A DNA stretch of 64,000 bases from an uncultured Christensenella sp. (GCA_949290515.1 CASERZ010000003.1:115464-179463); one strand, 5' to 3'; positions 7,737 through 18,860 are shown, counted from the stretch's first letter. The notes: a model not told the origin generated them from the letters alone. Translations and numbers: made by a program.

Positions 7737-9308
7737 TTAGGCGTACAACTCTACGCTTCTTATTACGGGTACGGAACGCGATTGCTTTATCGTTATTCTC
7801 ACGAGATTTGTCTTGGGTAAATCCTTGAATACGAGGGTGCGTCTGTTGCCTATTACCGTGCTGTCGCCGATAATCTGCCATTTGTCGCCGACTTTTATCC
7901 ACACTTCGAATTCCTCTACCCTCTGAGAAAATCTTACGTCTTCTCTGATGTCGAAACGCGTTATGCTCACGCTCTCTTTGAGATAGAAATCCAACAAATA
8001 TTCGTTGTCTTCAAAAGTGTAGCCGTCTCTTTCGCTGTTGAGAAGCGCAGAGAGTTCGGGTTTTGTCTGCATGGAATTATTGTCGCCGACTTCTATACGT
8101 TCTATCTCTACGGGATTTGCCTTGCTTTCTGCCAAAGCTTCGCCGAATGCACGCAATACCTTCTCGTCTTTTTTAGAGATAAGTCCGTCTTTGTTGGGAG
8201 GGATATTGAGCAACAAGCTACTGTTGCCGCCTACTGACGTATAGTATATCTGCAAGAGGTGGTCAAGCTTCTTGGGGCTTTGATTCCAGTGATAGAACCA
8301 ACCTTTTCTTATGCTGACGTCGACTTCGGCGGGTCTCCACGCCAAATCCTGATATTTCTCCAAAAGTTCGCGACTTCCCAAATCTCTGTCCTCGTCGCTT
8401 ACTTTCTGCAACTCGTCCGCGCCGTCCTCGCTCGTCTGGAAGTTATCGCTAGCGGCATTGCTTACGCTGACTACGCTCCATTCGCTCTCGCGTGCAATTC
8501 CTGCCTCGTTGCCTACCCATCTTACGTCGCTGCCCTGTATAGCCGTAACGCAATTAGGCTGCAACTGCCGAATAAGCTCCTCATAGCCCTCAATGTCGTA
8601 GGCAAAATCCTCGTCGAGCTGAGCTTCCTCTCCCAACGCGCCGTCCATCCATACGCAGAATATCTCGCCGTATCTTCCGTCAAGCAGTTCGGTAAGCTGC
8701 GCTTTGTAAAAATCGTTGTACGCATTGGTGCCGTAACACTCTGCGTTCATATCCCAGGGAGAAAGGTATATACCCATCTTAAGTCCGTATTTTTTACAGC
8801 TTGCGGCAAGCTCTCCGACTATATCTCCGTTGCCGTCCTTATAAGGACTGTTTTTTATGCTGTGCTCGGTAGTCTCCGTCTGCCACAGACAAAAACCGTC
8901 GTGATGTTTTGCCGTGATTATAACGCCTTTGCTGCCCGACGCCTTGAGTATCTCGCACCACTGGTCGGTATCGAGTTTTTCGGGATTGAACTTCGCAGGG
9001 TCTTCGTTGCCCTTGCCCCATTCTCTGCCCGTCATAGTATTCATACCGAAGTGAATGAAGTTGTAATACTCCATTTCCATATAGTCGAGCTGTCTTTGCG
9101 AAGGCGTAACGCTTATAAGTCTGTCGACCTCTTCGCTCTCTTTGTCATAGCCGTTGTTGGTATTGCCGCAACCCTCGAGAAATTCTTCACCCTCTTTATA
9201 AGTCTTTGTGGGTACTTCGTAATAATTGTAATTCTTACATCCTGAAAAGAGCATACAAAGAGCCATAACGGTTACCCCCGCAATATAAATCAATCCTTTT
9301 TTTCTCAT
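7737..9308 (-). CDS. alpha-L-fucosidase (GH29) lipoprotein with a C-terminal F5/8-type-C-like domain
   Basis: Lipobox LFSGC. Also NPEKLDTDQWCEILKASGSKGVIITAKHHDGFCLWQT, YGLKMGIYLSPWD and GEIFCVWMDGA, which are GH29 hallmarks. Confidence 0.85.
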   Translation of the reverse strand: MRKKGLIYIAGVTVMALCMLFSGCKNYNYYEVPTKTYKEGEEFLEGCGNTNNGYDKESEEVDRLISVTPSQRQLDYMEMEYYNFIHFGMNTMTGREWGKGNEDPAKFNPEKLDTDQWCEILKASGSKGVIITAKHHDGFCLWQTETTEHSIKNSPYKDGNGDIVGELAASCKKYGLKMGIYLSPWDMNAECYGTNAYNDFYKAQLTELLDGRYGEIFCVWMDGALGEEAQLDEDFAYDIEGYEELIRQLQPNCVTAIQGSDVRWVGNEAGIARESEWSVVSVSNAASDNFQTSEDGADELQKVSDEDRDLGSRELLEKYQDLAWRPAEVDVSIRKGWFYHWNQSPKKLDHLLQIYYTSVGGNSSLLLNIPPNKDGLISKKDEKVLRAFGEALAESKANPVEIERIEVGDNNSMQTKPELSALLNSERDGYTFEDNEYLLDFYLKESVSITRFDIREDVRFSQRVEEFEVWIKVGDKWQIIGDSTVIGNRRTLVFKDLPKTNLVRITIKQSRSVPVIRSVELYA

Positions 9309-9455
9309 AAATCCCTTCCTGAAAATTTGAAAAACTTATTGTTAAATAGATTATACCACGAATAAAACGTTTTGTAAATACGCACATATACATAAATTTT
9401 TTATCTATCTTGCGATTTTTTGAGCGCAAGGCAATCAAAAGCCACTCTTATCGCA

Positions 9456-9487
9456 AAAGAAAAAAGACGGCTCAAAACCGTCTTTTT
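9456..9487 (-). terminator. rho-independent terminator downstream of ftsH
   Basis: agacgg-ctcaaaa-ccgtct (9465-9483) with a T-run on the minus strand. Confidence 0.7.
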
Positions 9488-9505
9488 CTATCGTTGCCGA
9501 TAATA

Positions 9506-11773
9506 TTATTCTTTATCTTTACCGTCCTCTTTCTTCTCGCTGTCCGACGTCTTCTTGCCTGCGGGTTTTTTAGCCGCACTCGAGGTCGTCTTTCTTGTAG
9601 CGGAAGCGCGTTTTTCAACCGTAGCGGTCGAAGGCTTTCCTTCTTGCTTTTCAGCCTTCTCTTCGACCTTTTCCTCTACTGCTTGAGGTTTTTCAAAAGT
9701 ATTGTCCTCTGCGCCCTCTTGCGTCTTTTCGTTTGCTTCGCTCTCAGACTTTTGGCTCTCGGGCATTTCGGGCACGATATTGACCTTTACGCTTTCGCTC
9801 TTGAAACCGTCCTTTTTGTAGGTCTCTTTCTTAGCCTGTTTTTCGTCGATGAAAGCAATTACGTCTTCGGCGCTCTTGCCGTCAAAGAGCATATTGACTT
9901 CCTCGGTATAAATCGTGTCTTTCTCGAAAAGCACCTTGACCATATTATCCATTATCTTACGGTTTTTCTGCAAGATGTCGAGTGCCCTCTTGTAGCAGTC
10001 GTCGAGAATTTTCTTGATTTCGTTGTCTATGATACCGCCGAGGTCCTCGCTGTAAGAATGCGTAGTGCCGTAATCTCTGCCGAGGAATACTTCCTTGTCG
10101 CCGCCGAGATACATATTGCCTATCGCCTTGGACATACCCCACTGAGTAACCATCTTCTTGGCAATGTTGCTTGCTCTTTCGATATCGTTGGAAGCGCCCG
10201 TGGATATATCGTGAATTACGATTTCTTCAGCCGCTCTTCCGCCGAGCATCATCGTAATCATATCTATGAGCTTGTTACGCGTAACGTGGCTGTCATCGTT
10301 GTCGGGACGGGTAAGAGTATAGCCCGCCGCCATACCTCTGGGGATAATGCTGACTTCCTGTACGTCGTCGCAATTTTCCAAGAGTTTGCCGATAATAGCG
10401 TGTCCCGCTTCGTGATATGCGGTAATTCTCTTGTCGCTGTCCGTAACTACTCTGCTCTTCTTCTGAGGTCCTGCAATTACCTTGTTGATACCTTCGAGGA
10501 TATCTTCCATAATGATGACTTTTCTGTTGGCTCTTGCCGCAAGAATAGCCGCTTCGTTGAGCAGGTTTTCGAGGTCTGCGCCGCTGAAACCGCTCGTCAT
10601 TCTCGCAAGAATCTTGAAGGATACGTCGTCGGCAAGAGGTTTGTTTCTCGAATGTACTTTGAGAATTTCCTCTCTGCCCTTGACGTCGGGTACGTTGACG
10701 TATATCTGTCTGTCAAATCTGCCGGGTCTCAAAAGCGCGGGGTCGAGTATGTCCGCTCTGTTGGTAGCCGCCATTATGATAATGCCTTCGTTTTTCTCGA
10801 AGCCGTCCATCTGAACGAGCAACTGGTTGAGCGTCTGCTCTCTTTCGTCGTGTCCGCCGCCCAAGCCCGAACCTCTCTGTCTGCCTACCGCGTCTATTTC
10901 GTCGATAAACACGATACAAGGCATATTTTTCTTGGCTTGGTCAAACAAGTCTCTTACTCTCGCAGCACCCGTACCTACGAACATCTCCACGAAGTCCGAA
11001 CCGCTTATAGAGAAGAAAGGTACGTTGGATTCGCCCGCTACCGCTTTGGCAAACAGCGTCTTACCTGTTCCGGGAGGGCCTACGAGCAAAACTCCCTTAG
11101 GTATTCTCGCGCCGAGCGCAAGGAATTTCTTGGGGTCTTTGAGGAATTCTACGATTTCCTTGAGTTCCTCTTTCTCTTCCTCAGCTCCCGCAACGTCCGT
11201 AAATCTTACGGATACGTTCATATTCAAACGCGCCTTGGTCTTGCCGAAGTTGAGCGCCTGACGGTTGGAACTTGCGTTTTGTCTGAAGATAATGAATACT
11301 ACAATCGCACACAGTATGAGCGCGAGTATAGGGAAAATCAAAGAGCTGAGATTAACTCCCGAATTGGGGTCGTTGAATACGTACTGAGGCACGGTAACCG
11401 TACCGCCTTCTACTCCTTCTTGCTTATCTCTGAGATTTTCGAGATATTCTTTGAAGTCCGTGCGGTAGTCTATCGCGGCTACGTAGGTAGCCTTCTTGGT
11501 AGGGTTGTTGTAAAACGCCTCTATTTCCTTTTGCGACGCGTCACCCTTGAGAGCGTAAACGCGGTAGGACTCGATATAAAGTGCGGATATGTTGCCCGCT
11601 TCTATACGCTGGATAAGACCCTGATTGTCGCCGCTGACGTCGTTGCTGTATGCGATTTCCACAGGTTTGCTGTTGAAAAACATAAAGTATACGAGCACGA
11701 TTATGAGTACTACGCTCAACGCGAGCACGACGTATCTGCCTATCAATGCTTTTTTGTTCACTTTTTCCTCCAT
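9506..11773 (-). CDS. ftsH: ATP-dependent zinc metalloprotease FtsH with a long E/K/S/T-rich C-terminal extension
   Basis: Walker A GPPGTGKT, Walker [13 protein letters not shown] region and zinc motif HEAGHA. The true start may be the GTG at 11761, just after GGAGGA. Confidence 0.95.
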   Translation of the reverse strand: MEEKVNKKALIGRYVVLALSVVLIIVLVYFMFFNSKPVEIAYSNDVSGDNQGLIQRIEAGNISALYIESYRVYALKGDASQKEIEAFYNNPTKKATYVAAIDYRTDFKEYLENLRDKQEGVEGGTVTVPQYVFNDPNSGVNLSSLIFPILALILCAIVVFIIFRQNASSNRQALNFGKTKARLNMNVSVRFTDVAGAEEEKEELKEIVEFLKDPKKFLALGARIPKGVLLVGPPGTGKTLFAKAVAGESNVPFFSISGSDFVEMFVGTGAARVRDLFDQAKKNMPCIVFIDEIDAVGRQRGSGLGGGHDEREQTLNQLLVQMDGFEKNEGIIIMAATNRADILDPALLRPGRFDRQIYVNVPDVKGREEILKVHSRNKPLADDVSFKILARMTSGFSGADLENLLNEAAILAARANRKVIIMEDILEGINKVIAGPQKKSRVVTDSDKRITAYHEAGHAIIGKLLENCDDVQEVSIIPRGMAAGYTLTRPDNDDSHVTRNKLIDMITMMLGGRAAEEIVIHDISTGASNDIERASNIAKKMVTQWGMSKAIGNMYLGGDKEVFLGRDYGTTHSYSEDLGGIIDNEIKKILDDCYKRALDILQKNRKIMDNMVKVLFEKDTIYTEEVNMLFDGKSAEDVIAFIDEKQAKKETYKKDGFKSESVKVNIVPEMPESQKSESEANEKTQEGAEDNTFEKPQAVEEKVEEKAEKQEGKPSTATVEKRASATRKTTSSAAKKPAGKKTSDSEKKEDGKDKE

Positions 11774-11906
11774 TCGGCAAAAAATGCCGACGCCGTTTAT
11801 TTAAAAACTATCGTTACTATTATATAAAAAATTTATGTGATAGTCAACACAAGATTTAATTTCCTTTGTAAAGAATTGTAAATATTTGGTTTACGGCGCG
11901 TAAAAA

Positions 11907-12359
11907 TCACAAAAAACGCATATCGTCGGCATAGGTCAACGCGTAACCCACTACCTTTTCGACCAGCTCGTCCACAAGCTCCAAAGAGCTGTTTCTGAGT
12001 TGGTCGAGCCTGTCTTTTTCACTGTCTCCCACGACCGCGAGTATGCCCATATCCCCCACTCTTTCACGCGTTTTGTTGAAAGCTCCGCCCGGCTTTACAC
12101 CCGCGTCGGTAATTTTGATTTTACCTATATCCGCGCTCTTGCCGAGTGCCGAATCCACGGCGATTATTCTGTCGCACGAGTGACGCTTTTTGAGCATTGC
12201 TACATAGTCTTCGACGTTTATTGACGTTACCTGACGACGCGTGTCACCGTATACGTACGCGCCGATATTCATCTGTTTGAGACGGTCTCCCACCTTCGGT
12301 CCTATACTGTCTCCGCTGATTTTGGTTGTTCCTAAACATAAAAATACAAGATTTTCCAT
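11907..12359 (-). CDS. yyaC: sporulation protein YyaC (DUF1256, putative protease)
   Basis: VFLCLGTTKISGDSIGPKVGDRL...IIAVDSALGKSADIGKIKITDAGVKPGGAFNK...VGDMGILAVVG follows the YyaC family pattern. Confidence 0.75.
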   Translation of the reverse strand: MENLVFLCLGTTKISGDSIGPKVGDRLKQMNIGAYVYGDTRRQVTSINVEDYVAMLKKRHSCDRIIAVDSALGKSADIGKIKITDAGVKPGGAFNKTRERVGDMGILAVVGDSEKDRLDQLRNSSLELVDELVEKVVGYALTYADDMRFL

Positions 12360-12554
12360 ATCCTTAATTGTGGACAGCGCAGCGCGTTTTATTCTCTTAT
12401 GCCTTTATTTGGCAAAATACGCGCAAACTCATAGGAAAAGTAAAATCGGTTTTATAAAAATGTTAAAGTTTGACAAAATATTAAAATGCGGTTATAATCA
12501 AGTTAAGAACAGGCTTGTTCTGAGAAAGTCTAAGGATAAAGAGGTGCGTATATT

Positions 12555-13157
12555 ATGTCGTATATTACAATTTTATCTTTGATTGTCCTCATCGTCTGCA
12601 TAATAGTAGGCGCGTTTAAGGGCATTGTACAGGCACTTTTGAAATTACTGATTGCAGGCGGTACTTCGCTCATAACGGTACTGCTTACTCCTCCTATTGC
12701 CAACAGCCTCAACGAATCGGCTTTTAAGGACAAGAACGTACACCCCGGTATAGTATCGGGCGTAAGCGCGCTTATAGTGGCAATAGTGTGCATAGTAGTA
12801 TTTTCGATAATCGCGTGGCTTATAAACAAGCGCGTGGAAAAATCCCCTCTCGGTCCTGCCAACAGAGTATTCGGCGCATTGCTTTACGGCTTTATAGGAC
12901 TGGTATTCCTTATCCTCATAGGATACGTCATCAATATTTTCAGAGATACGGATGCTATGAAGTCGGTTATAGAAAATTCAGAAAAAGACGCGTTTTCGAG
13001 ATGGCTTGTTTCCAACAACCTCTTCAATTCGTTTATGGAAGCACTTGCAAAGGACGGCGGCGTGTTTGACAAGTTTATCAACGGTTTCAAAGGGGATTCG
13101 GTAAGCGGCGACGTACAACAAACGGCAAGAATAATAGGAAGCCTTATAGGAGTTTAA
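12555..13157 (+). CDS. CvpA-family membrane protein
   Basis: N-terminal pattern ILSLIVLIVCIIVGAFKGIVQALLKLL plus 4 predicted TM helices. RBS AAAGAGGTG. A TTGACA-17-TATAAT promoter lies at 12470-12498. Confidence 0.5.
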   Translation: MSYITILSLIVLIVCIIVGAFKGIVQALLKLLIAGGTSLITVLLTPPIANSLNESAFKDKNVHPGIVSGVSALIVAIVCIVVFSIIAWLINKRVEKSPLGPANRVFGALLYGFIGLVFLILIGYVINIFRDTDAMKSVIENSEKDAFSRWLVSNNLFNSFMEALAKDGGVFDKFINGFKGDSVSGDVQQTARIIGSLIGV

Positions 13158-13185
13158 TCTCCTCCGTATTCAATACCGACATAGA

Positions 13186-13217
13186 AAAAGGACTGCAACC
13201 GCAGCCCTTTTATTTTT
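13186..13217. terminator. bidirectional terminator
   Basis: ggactgc-aacc-gcagccc with an A-run on the left and a T-run on the right, between convergent genes. Confidence 0.65.
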
Positions 13218-13275
13218 ATTGTACCTTGATTAATAATTGTCAGTTGATAAAAATTTTCCGCTGACAGTGAGAAAG

Positions 13276-14325
13276 TTATTTTCCCATTACGGCATTTTTG
13301 ATTTCGTCGGAAACTTGCATTACCTCTATAAGGTTTGCGTCGTATGCGAATATCTGCTCATAATAGTTTTCGCTGGAGCCTTCGAGATAACCGAGAAGTT
13401 GTGCCTCCCATCTGTTGTCGTTGACATACTTCTTTATAAGTCCGCATTCCCAAATCTCTACGGTAAGCGACTTTTTCGCGTATTTGAATATATCCGTGCT
13501 AGCACTCTTCTTCATACTCTGTATGGACAAGTCGAGAGCTATTTCGTTTTCGCAGTTTATCTCGCAAGTCAAGGTGTATATTCCGTTGACTGCGTCATAA
13601 GTAAGCGAACCTTCGGTAATGCACTCCTCGTAATCGAGGTCATCGGTGATATAATCCTTGAAGGAATTGCGATAATAATTTTGCTTTATGTACTCGTCCA
13701 CGCTCGTAACTTCGGGCTTGGGCTTTTTGTAGATTATCGCGTCGAGCGAAGGATACTTCTTGAAGGAATCTACCGAGCTCTTGCCGTCCTTGAGTTTGTA
13801 GAAGGTCTGGCTGTCGGGAGAATAAACTCTCTCCGTAAAGTTGAGTACGTTGCTGATTATGCTTACGATACCGCTGGGGACATCGCCTTTGGAGCCGTCA
13901 TCTTTCTTGCTGTAACCCTCGACCACAAGTCCGTAAGAATCGAAGAAGTATTCGCCGTTGTCGTAAATTCTCCATTCTCTGGTATCCATCGAGCCTACGA
14001 GATTTGCGCTGGGAATATACGCTTCGCCCGTGCCGTATCCCGCCGCTGCGTAAAACTCGGCGTCTATGTTGTTCTGATTGGAAAGTTTGAGCAGATATCT
14101 GATGGATTCGAGCACTGCCTTGTCCGTGGTGACTTCGCTGCTCAAAGTGATTTTCGAGCTGTCAACGGGCGTAGCCGCCGAAGCAATTTCTTCAGGGGGC
14201 TTAAGACCAAGTCCGTCGAAAGTCAAATCGACCTCTGCACGCTCTGCGGGGTCGGTACAACCCGAAAAAGCGAGTATGCCGACCATTGTGAAAACTAACA
14301 AAATTACAGTAACGATTTTCTTCAT
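13276..14325 (-). CDS. hypothetical lipoprotein
   Basis: MKKIVTVILLVFTMVGILAFSGC lipobox. The GAGGA RBS favours the ATG at 14325 over the track start at 14349. Confidence 0.7.
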   Translation of the reverse strand: MKKIVTVILLVFTMVGILAFSGCTDPAERAEVDLTFDGLGLKPPEEIASAATPVDSSKITLSSEVTTDKAVLESIRYLLKLSNQNNIDAEFYAAAGYGTGEAYIPSANLVGSMDTREWRIYDNGEYFFDSYGLVVEGYSKKDDGSKGDVPSGIVSIISNVLNFTERVYSPDSQTFYKLKDGKSSVDSFKKYPSLDAIIYKKPKPEVTSVDEYIKQNYYRNSFKDYITDDLDYEECITEGSLTYDAVNGIYTLTCEINCENEIALDLSIQSMKKSASTDIFKYAKKSLTVEIWECGLIKKYVNDNRWEAQLLGYLEGSSENYYEQIFAYDANLIEVMQVSDEIKNAVMGK

Positions 14326-14430
14326 AATTTTTTCCTCTTGCAAGTTCATTATAGACTATAGCAAAAGTCTTGTCAACGCTATATCTCCCCTGATAATTTT
14401 GTAAGCGATTTTTTACAATACCGCGCTATA

Positions 14431-14460
14431 TCCAAAAAAAGAGCACGCCAGACAGCGTGC
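14431..14460 (-). terminator. rho-independent terminator downstream of cysS
   Basis: gcacgc-tgtctg-gcgtgc followed by tcttttttt on the minus strand. Confidence 0.7.
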
Positions 14461-14482
14461 CCTCATATTATTTATTTTGATT

Positions 14483-15874
14483 TCAGTTGTTCTTGGTGAG
14501 CTTGTAGCCGTCCTTAGAATCGAGTACGGCATACCCCATCTCGCTTATCTTTGCCCTCAATGCGTCGGCGGTAGCAAAGTCCTTTTGCTTTTTAGCCTGA
14601 TATCTCTTTTCGGCTATTTGCTTGACCTCGTCGGGAATATCCTGTTCTTCCTCTTCGGCAGGCGCGGCTTTGTCCAAAGAAAGACCGAGCACCTTGTCGA
14701 ATTCGAGTGCAAGCTTGTAGATATCCTTGCTCTTAGGCTCTTTGACCATTGTCCATACAACTCCCAGTGCGAGAGGAATATTGAGGTCGTCGTTTATAGC
14801 GTCGTCAAACTGTTTTTTATATCCCTCGAGTACCTGTGCGTCGGTAGCCTTGTCTGCCGTCTTGTGCTGATAGAGCACGCTGAGAAGTCTTGCGTAAGAA
14901 GTCTTGGCTCCGTCCATACCCTCGAAAGTAAAGTTGAGTTTTTTTCTGTAATGTGCGTTAAGGCAGAAATATCTGTAATCGAGCGCACTGTATCCCCTCT
15001 CTTCGAGTTGGTCGATACGGTATACGTTGCCCAGACTCTTTGACATCTTGCCGTTGTCAACTAACATAAACTCGCTGTGTACCCAGTAATCTACCGTCTT
15101 GTGTCCTTCGAGAGCTTCGTTTTGCGCGATTTCGTTTTCGTGGTGTACGGGAATTGCGTCCACGCCGCCCGTGTGTATATCGAAGTGCGAGCCGAGATAC
15201 TTTCTGCTCATAGTCGAGCACTCTATATGCCAGCCGGGATAACCCATACCCCAAGGACTTTCCCACTGCATTATATGCTGAGGGTCAGCCTTCTTCCATA
15301 CCGCAAAATCCGCAGGATGACGTTTTTGAGAGTTTACCTCGACTCTCGCTCCCGCCTGTTGCTCCTCTAAGTTAAGACGCGACAGCTTGCCGTATTCGGG
15401 GAATTTGGATATATCGAAATATATTCCGTCGTCTATCTCGTAGGCATAGCCCTTGTCGATAAGCGTCTGTACGTCCTTTATCATCTCGGGTATGTGCTCG
15501 GTAGCCTTTGCTATTATCTCGGGCTTTCCGATATTGAGCTTCTTGAAGTCGTTGAAAAAGTACTCCGTATAGTATGCGGCAATCTCCCACGGCGTCTTGT
15601 TTTGCTCTCTCGCCGCCTTTGCCATCTTATCCTCGCCTTCGTCTCCGTCGCTGAGAAGATGTCCTACGTCGGTTATGTTCATAACACCCTTGAGCTTGTA
15701 GCCGTCGTATTTGAGTACGCGTCTGAAGATATCCATAAAGATATAAGTCCTCAGGTTGCCGATATGAGCGTAACTGTATACCGTAGGTCCGCAACTGTAC
15801 ATAGATACCTTGCCTTGCGCTACGGGTACGAATTCTTCCTTTTGTCTTGTGAGCGTATTGTAAATCTTAAGCAT
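14483..15874 (-). CDS. cysS: cysteine--tRNA ligase
   Basis: [17 protein letters not shown]..., HIGN (HIGH-type) motif, KMSKS motif (GKMSKSLGN). The ATG at 15874 follows GAGGTG. Confidence 0.95.
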   Translation of the reverse strand: MLKIYNTLTRQKEEFVPVAQGKVSMYSCGPTVYSYAHIGNLRTYIFMDIFRRVLKYDGYKLKGVMNITDVGHLLSDGDEGEDKMAKAAREQNKTPWEIAAYYTEYFFNDFKKLNIGKPEIIAKATEHIPEMIKDVQTLIDKGYAYEIDDGIYFDISKFPEYGKLSRLNLEEQQAGARVEVNSQKRHPADFAVWKKADPQHIMQWESPWGMGYPGWHIECSTMSRKYLGSHFDIHTGGVDAIPVHHENEIAQNEALEGHKTVDYWVHSEFMLVDNGKMSKSLGNVYRIDQLEERGYSALDYRYFCLNAHYRKKLNFTFEGMDGAKTSYARLLSVLYQHKTADKATDAQVLEGYKKQFDDAINDDLNIPLALGVVWTMVKEPKSKDIYKLALEFDKVLGLSLDKAAPAEEEEQDIPDEVKQIAEKRYQAKKQKDFATADALRAKISEMGYAVLDSKDGYKLTKNN

Positions 15875-15895
15875 ATTCACCTCGTTGTTGTAACC

Positions 15896-16666
15896 TTATT
15901 TATCGGAGTGCAACTTCTCCTTGTTTTCGTCTATCTCGTGTTTTAACTCGACTATTTCTTCCTCGATGACCGTCGCGCCCTTATCGTCGTCGCAAGCGTT
16001 TTGCATAGTAATGGAATACTTGCAAGACTTGACTTTGAGCGCGTCCTCTAAAGCGGCAATTCTCTTGTTGAGTCTTGCGAATTCTTCGAGTATAGGGTCA
16101 GGCAATTTCTGGTCTATGTCGTCCACGCGCATATCGTTGAACTTGACTACTCTTCCCGGCACGCCTACTACCGTAGAATTGGGGGGAACGTCCTTGAGCA
16201 CTACGCTTCCCGCGCCTATCTTGGAATTGTGCCCTACGGTGATAGGTCCGAGCACTTTCGCGCCCGCGGATATCATTACGTTGTCCTCGATTGTAGGATG
16301 GCGTTTTCCCGTATCCTTGCCCGTACCGCCGAGCGTAACTCCCTGATATATGAGCACGTTGGTGCCTATCTCTACCGTTTCGCCTATGACTACGCCTACG
16401 CCGTGGTCGATAAATACTCCGCCCGCTATCTTTGCCGCGGGGTGAATGTCTATTCCCGTCTTACGGCGCGTGCCTGCCGATATCAGCTTTGCCAGATACT
16501 TCGCGCCGTGATTGTAAAACCAGTGCGCAAACCTGTGCCTGTACAACGCCTTAAAGCCGCCGTACGTAAAGAATATTTCAAACTTGTTTCTTGCCGCGGG
16601 GTCCTTGTCCATAGCGGCCTGCAAGTCCATAGCTATCTTGCTTTTTTTCTTTTCCTTTTTACTCAT
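15896..16666 (-). CDS. cysE: serine O-acetyltransferase with a C-terminal acidic/coiled extension
   Basis: FKALYRHRFAHWFYN..., GIDIHPAAKIAGGVFIDHGVGVVIGETVEIG hexapeptide repeats; RBS GGGAGG. Confidence 0.9.
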   Translation of the reverse strand: MSKKEKKKSKIAMDLQAAMDKDPAARNKFEIFFTYGGFKALYRHRFAHWFYNHGAKYLAKLISAGTRRKTGIDIHPAAKIAGGVFIDHGVGVVIGETVEIGTNVLIYQGVTLGGTGKDTGKRHPTIEDNVMISAGAKVLGPITVGHNSKIGAGSVVLKDVPPNSTVVGVPGRVVKFNDMRVDDIDQKLPDPILEEFARLNKRIAALEDALKVKSCKYSITMQNACDDDKGATVIEEEIVELKHEIDENKEKLHSDK

Positions 16667-16778
16667 CGTTACCTCCCGATGGGACTGCTTTGTCGCAGTT
16701 TTATTTTTTACCGAGCAAAAAGTTTTAAACTCTTTGCAAGGATTTATCTTTTACCCGCACGCTTTACACGCAGATAAA

Positions 16779-17003
16779 ACAAAAAAGCAACCGTCTTCAA
16801 AGACGATTGCCCGTGGTTCCACTTTGATTGAATATCTCTATTCCTCTCTTAGGTCTTAACGCGACCCCACGCGCGGCATTTCCTCCGCGAGCCAACGAAC
16901 CGCACTTCGCAACACCGCTTCGAAAAGGCTTTCAGCCGCCGACCTTTTTCTCTGTGCCTGCCTGAGATTTGCTACTCTTATCCGTCATAGCTTATTCGCT
17001 TGT
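16779..17003 (-). promoter_or_regulatory. T-box riboswitch leader (Cys specifier) controlling cysE-cysS
   Basis: On the minus strand: stem I elements ATGACGGATAAGAGTAGC, CAGAGAAAAAGG and GGCTGAAAG. Specifier context GCGAAG-UGC-G (UGC at 16902-16904). T-box core AAAGTGGAACCACGGGCAATCGTC (16810-16825) overlaps the terminator gcaatcgtctttgaagacggttgc+TTTTTTG (16779-16810). Confidence 0.85.
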
Positions 17004-17009
17004 ATATGT

Positions 17010-17038
17010 ATTATAGTCAATACTTAAAGCTTTGTCAA
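17010..17038 (-). promoter_or_regulatory. sigma-A-type promoter of the T-box-cysE-cysS unit
   Basis: Minus strand TTGACA (17033-17038), 17 nt spacer, TATAAT (17010-17015). Confidence 0.7.
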
Positions 17039-17110
17039 CCGTTTTTACTTAAGCATTTAAGCCCCGTACGTTACAATCTATGCTCCTCATACAGCCTTTG
17101 TGACTTCTCG

Positions 17111-18574
17111 CTATATAGATTTGACGTCCGTATTCTCCGCGCTTCCGCTTTCGCGCGCCCTCTCTTTCATAGCTTGAGGAGTATTGAGCTTTTGCAAGTC
17201 GCCGTATTTTGTGGGTACGGGTTTGTTGTGCTGCATACTCATTGCAAAGAAAATCAAGAAATAAGGATACGTATAAGTGAAAGAGTTACCCGTAAACGCC
17301 GATGCCATATACGCCGCCGAAGTAGCCAACAATGCAAGGTCGGCAGCGCTGAGATTTCTCTTTTGCTGCACCGCCTGGGCAAACCACCATACTATCGTGA
17401 TTAGATAGAATACGAGTCCCGGTATTCCTATATTGCTCGCTATTGCCAGATATTCGTTGTGAGGCACGTCGAGCGTAGGGTCGTATATATTGTTGCGGTA
17501 ATAAAGGTCGAGGCCTTTTCCGAACCAAGGAACTTTCTTGATAACCACGATAGTTCTCTTCCACAGAGAATATCTTCCCGTACCTACTATATCGACGTTG
17601 GAATCGCCGCCTGCGGCGTGGTCGGCTATAAAGCCCAAATCCCTGAGCAGCGTCTTGTAAGACTCCCACATATGCGTAGCTCCGCTCGCTTCGTCGATAA
17701 TGGTAACTATACCGCATACGGCAAGCGCGATTAAAAGCGAGGAAGTGTTGATTTTCTTCGTCATATACCCGCTGCACAATACGAATACTGTTCCTACGAT
17801 AAACGCAAGGTTTGCACCCAAAGTATTGCAGTATAAAAGATTGTGCATATTGAGCGCAAGCAACGCCGAAAGCACTGCAAGTTTTTTAGTGTTTTTTGTG
17901 TAAACCATCAGCGAGAAAGTCGCCGTTGTGGACATCGCAAGAAAATACCCGTAGTGATTGGAATTGTTGAAAACGCCGTTCATTTTGTTGGTGCCGAAGT
18001 TGTAACGTACCACTACCGAGCCCCATATAATAAAACATATTATGCCCGCCATTATGACAAACGTCCACAATACAGCCTCTTTGGAAAACTTAAGCTCGTC
18101 TTTTACGGCATAAGCGGCAAGGAAAACCGTAGCGTATTCGAGTACGGTAAAAAATCCTTCGTTGATATATCCCGAGCCGTAGAGAGATTTCTCGAAGTTA
18201 GGGGACTGGAACAGGGCTATAAACGCCCATATAAGCATCGCAAACAAAGGAATTATCATTGCGTTGCGTGCGAAAAAGCCCTTTACGTCATATTCTTTCG
18301 TCACTACCGCTTTATATATTCTGAGCGTATAATAACTGAGCAACGCAAGCGTTAAAAGCATCGAACAGTATTTGAGATAAACCTGCGAATAATACATAAA
18401 ATGGTCGCTGGATTTGGACGATATAAAATTCTTTACCGTACCCAAAAGCGACACCGAGAAAAATCCCTGCAACACTACGAGTATAACACCCCCGAAAAGC
18501 ACGTAAGCCATATAGCGTTGCACGGTTTCCAAAAACTTCTTTTTTTCTAATTGCTGAGCGAGAATCTCTTCCAT
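17111..18574 (-). CDS. O-antigen ligase/polymerase (Wzy_C)-like polytopic membrane protein
   Basis: At least 10 hydrophobic helices, NNSNHYGYFLAM, and PHNEYLAIASNIGIPGLVFYL (H-N-x-Y-L motif of Wzy_C). No clear RBS at 18574, so the start is uncertain. Confidence 0.6.
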   Translation of the reverse strand: MEEILAQQLEKKKFLETVQRYMAYVLFGGVILVVLQGFFSVSLLGTVKNFISSKSSDHFMYYSQVYLKYCSMLLTLALLSYYTLRIYKAVVTKEYDVKGFFARNAMIIPLFAMLIWAFIALFQSPNFEKSLYGSGYINEGFFTVLEYATVFLAAYAVKDELKFSKEAVLWTFVIMAGIICFIIWGSVVVRYNFGTNKMNGVFNNSNHYGYFLAMSTTATFSLMVYTKNTKKLAVLSALLALNMHNLLYCNTLGANLAFIVGTVFVLCSGYMTKKINTSSLLIALAVCGIVTIIDEASGATHMWESYKTLLRDLGFIADHAAGGDSNVDIVGTGRYSLWKRTIVVIKKVPWFGKGLDLYYRNNIYDPTLDVPHNEYLAIASNIGIPGLVFYLITIVWWFAQAVQQKRNLSAADLALLATSAAYMASAFTGNSFTYTYPYFLIFFAMSMQHNKPVPTKYGDLQKLNTPQAMKERARESGSAENTDVKSI

Positions 18575-18815
18575 ATTTTATATTTTAATTTCTAAAGCGC
18601 TATTTGTCAATGCCTTTCATACACCGCGGGATAACTAAAAATGCAAGACTTTTTCCCTATGTGCAACTGCCGATAATGCTCGAAAATACCGACTTTTTGC
18701 CGCTAAGGCTTTCCCCCGGCATTCATTCTCTCGCTTAGATTCAGCAAGGCAAGAGTTTTGATTTCGGATATATAATTGCCCGCTGTATAAAAAATTATTC
18801 ACCTCTGAAAATATA

Positions 18816-18841
18816 TGAAAAAAGACCCGCTGTAGCGGGTC
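18816..18841 (-). terminator. rho-independent terminator
   Basis: gacccgc-tgta-gcgggtc, then a T-run on the minus strand. Confidence 0.75.
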
Positions 18842-18860
18842 CTTTCGTTTGTGATTAATA

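Noticed and set aside
6131-9245. 331-aa (6131-7126) and 328-aa (8259-9245) plus-strand ORFs. The same class occurs elsewhere: 13237-14298, 22518-23555, 28574-29758, 47166-48146, 61890-62915
   Set aside because: All are antisense shadows of well-supported genes, with no RBS and no recognisable motifs.
9410-11827. 805-aa plus-strand ORF covering the whole ftsH region
   Set aside because: It is antisense to an unmistakable ftsH. The translation is R/V/F/L/Y-rich with no motifs and no RBS. Long antisense frames like this arise from codon bias of the sense gene, which avoids the codons whose complements are stops.
18575-18815. 240-nt untranslated region upstream of the Wzy-like gene, considered as a possible riboswitch (for example c-di-GMP)
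   Set aside because: I could not find the conserved GEMM-I/II, yybP or other cores. There are only scattered short hairpins, which is not enough evidence to call anything.
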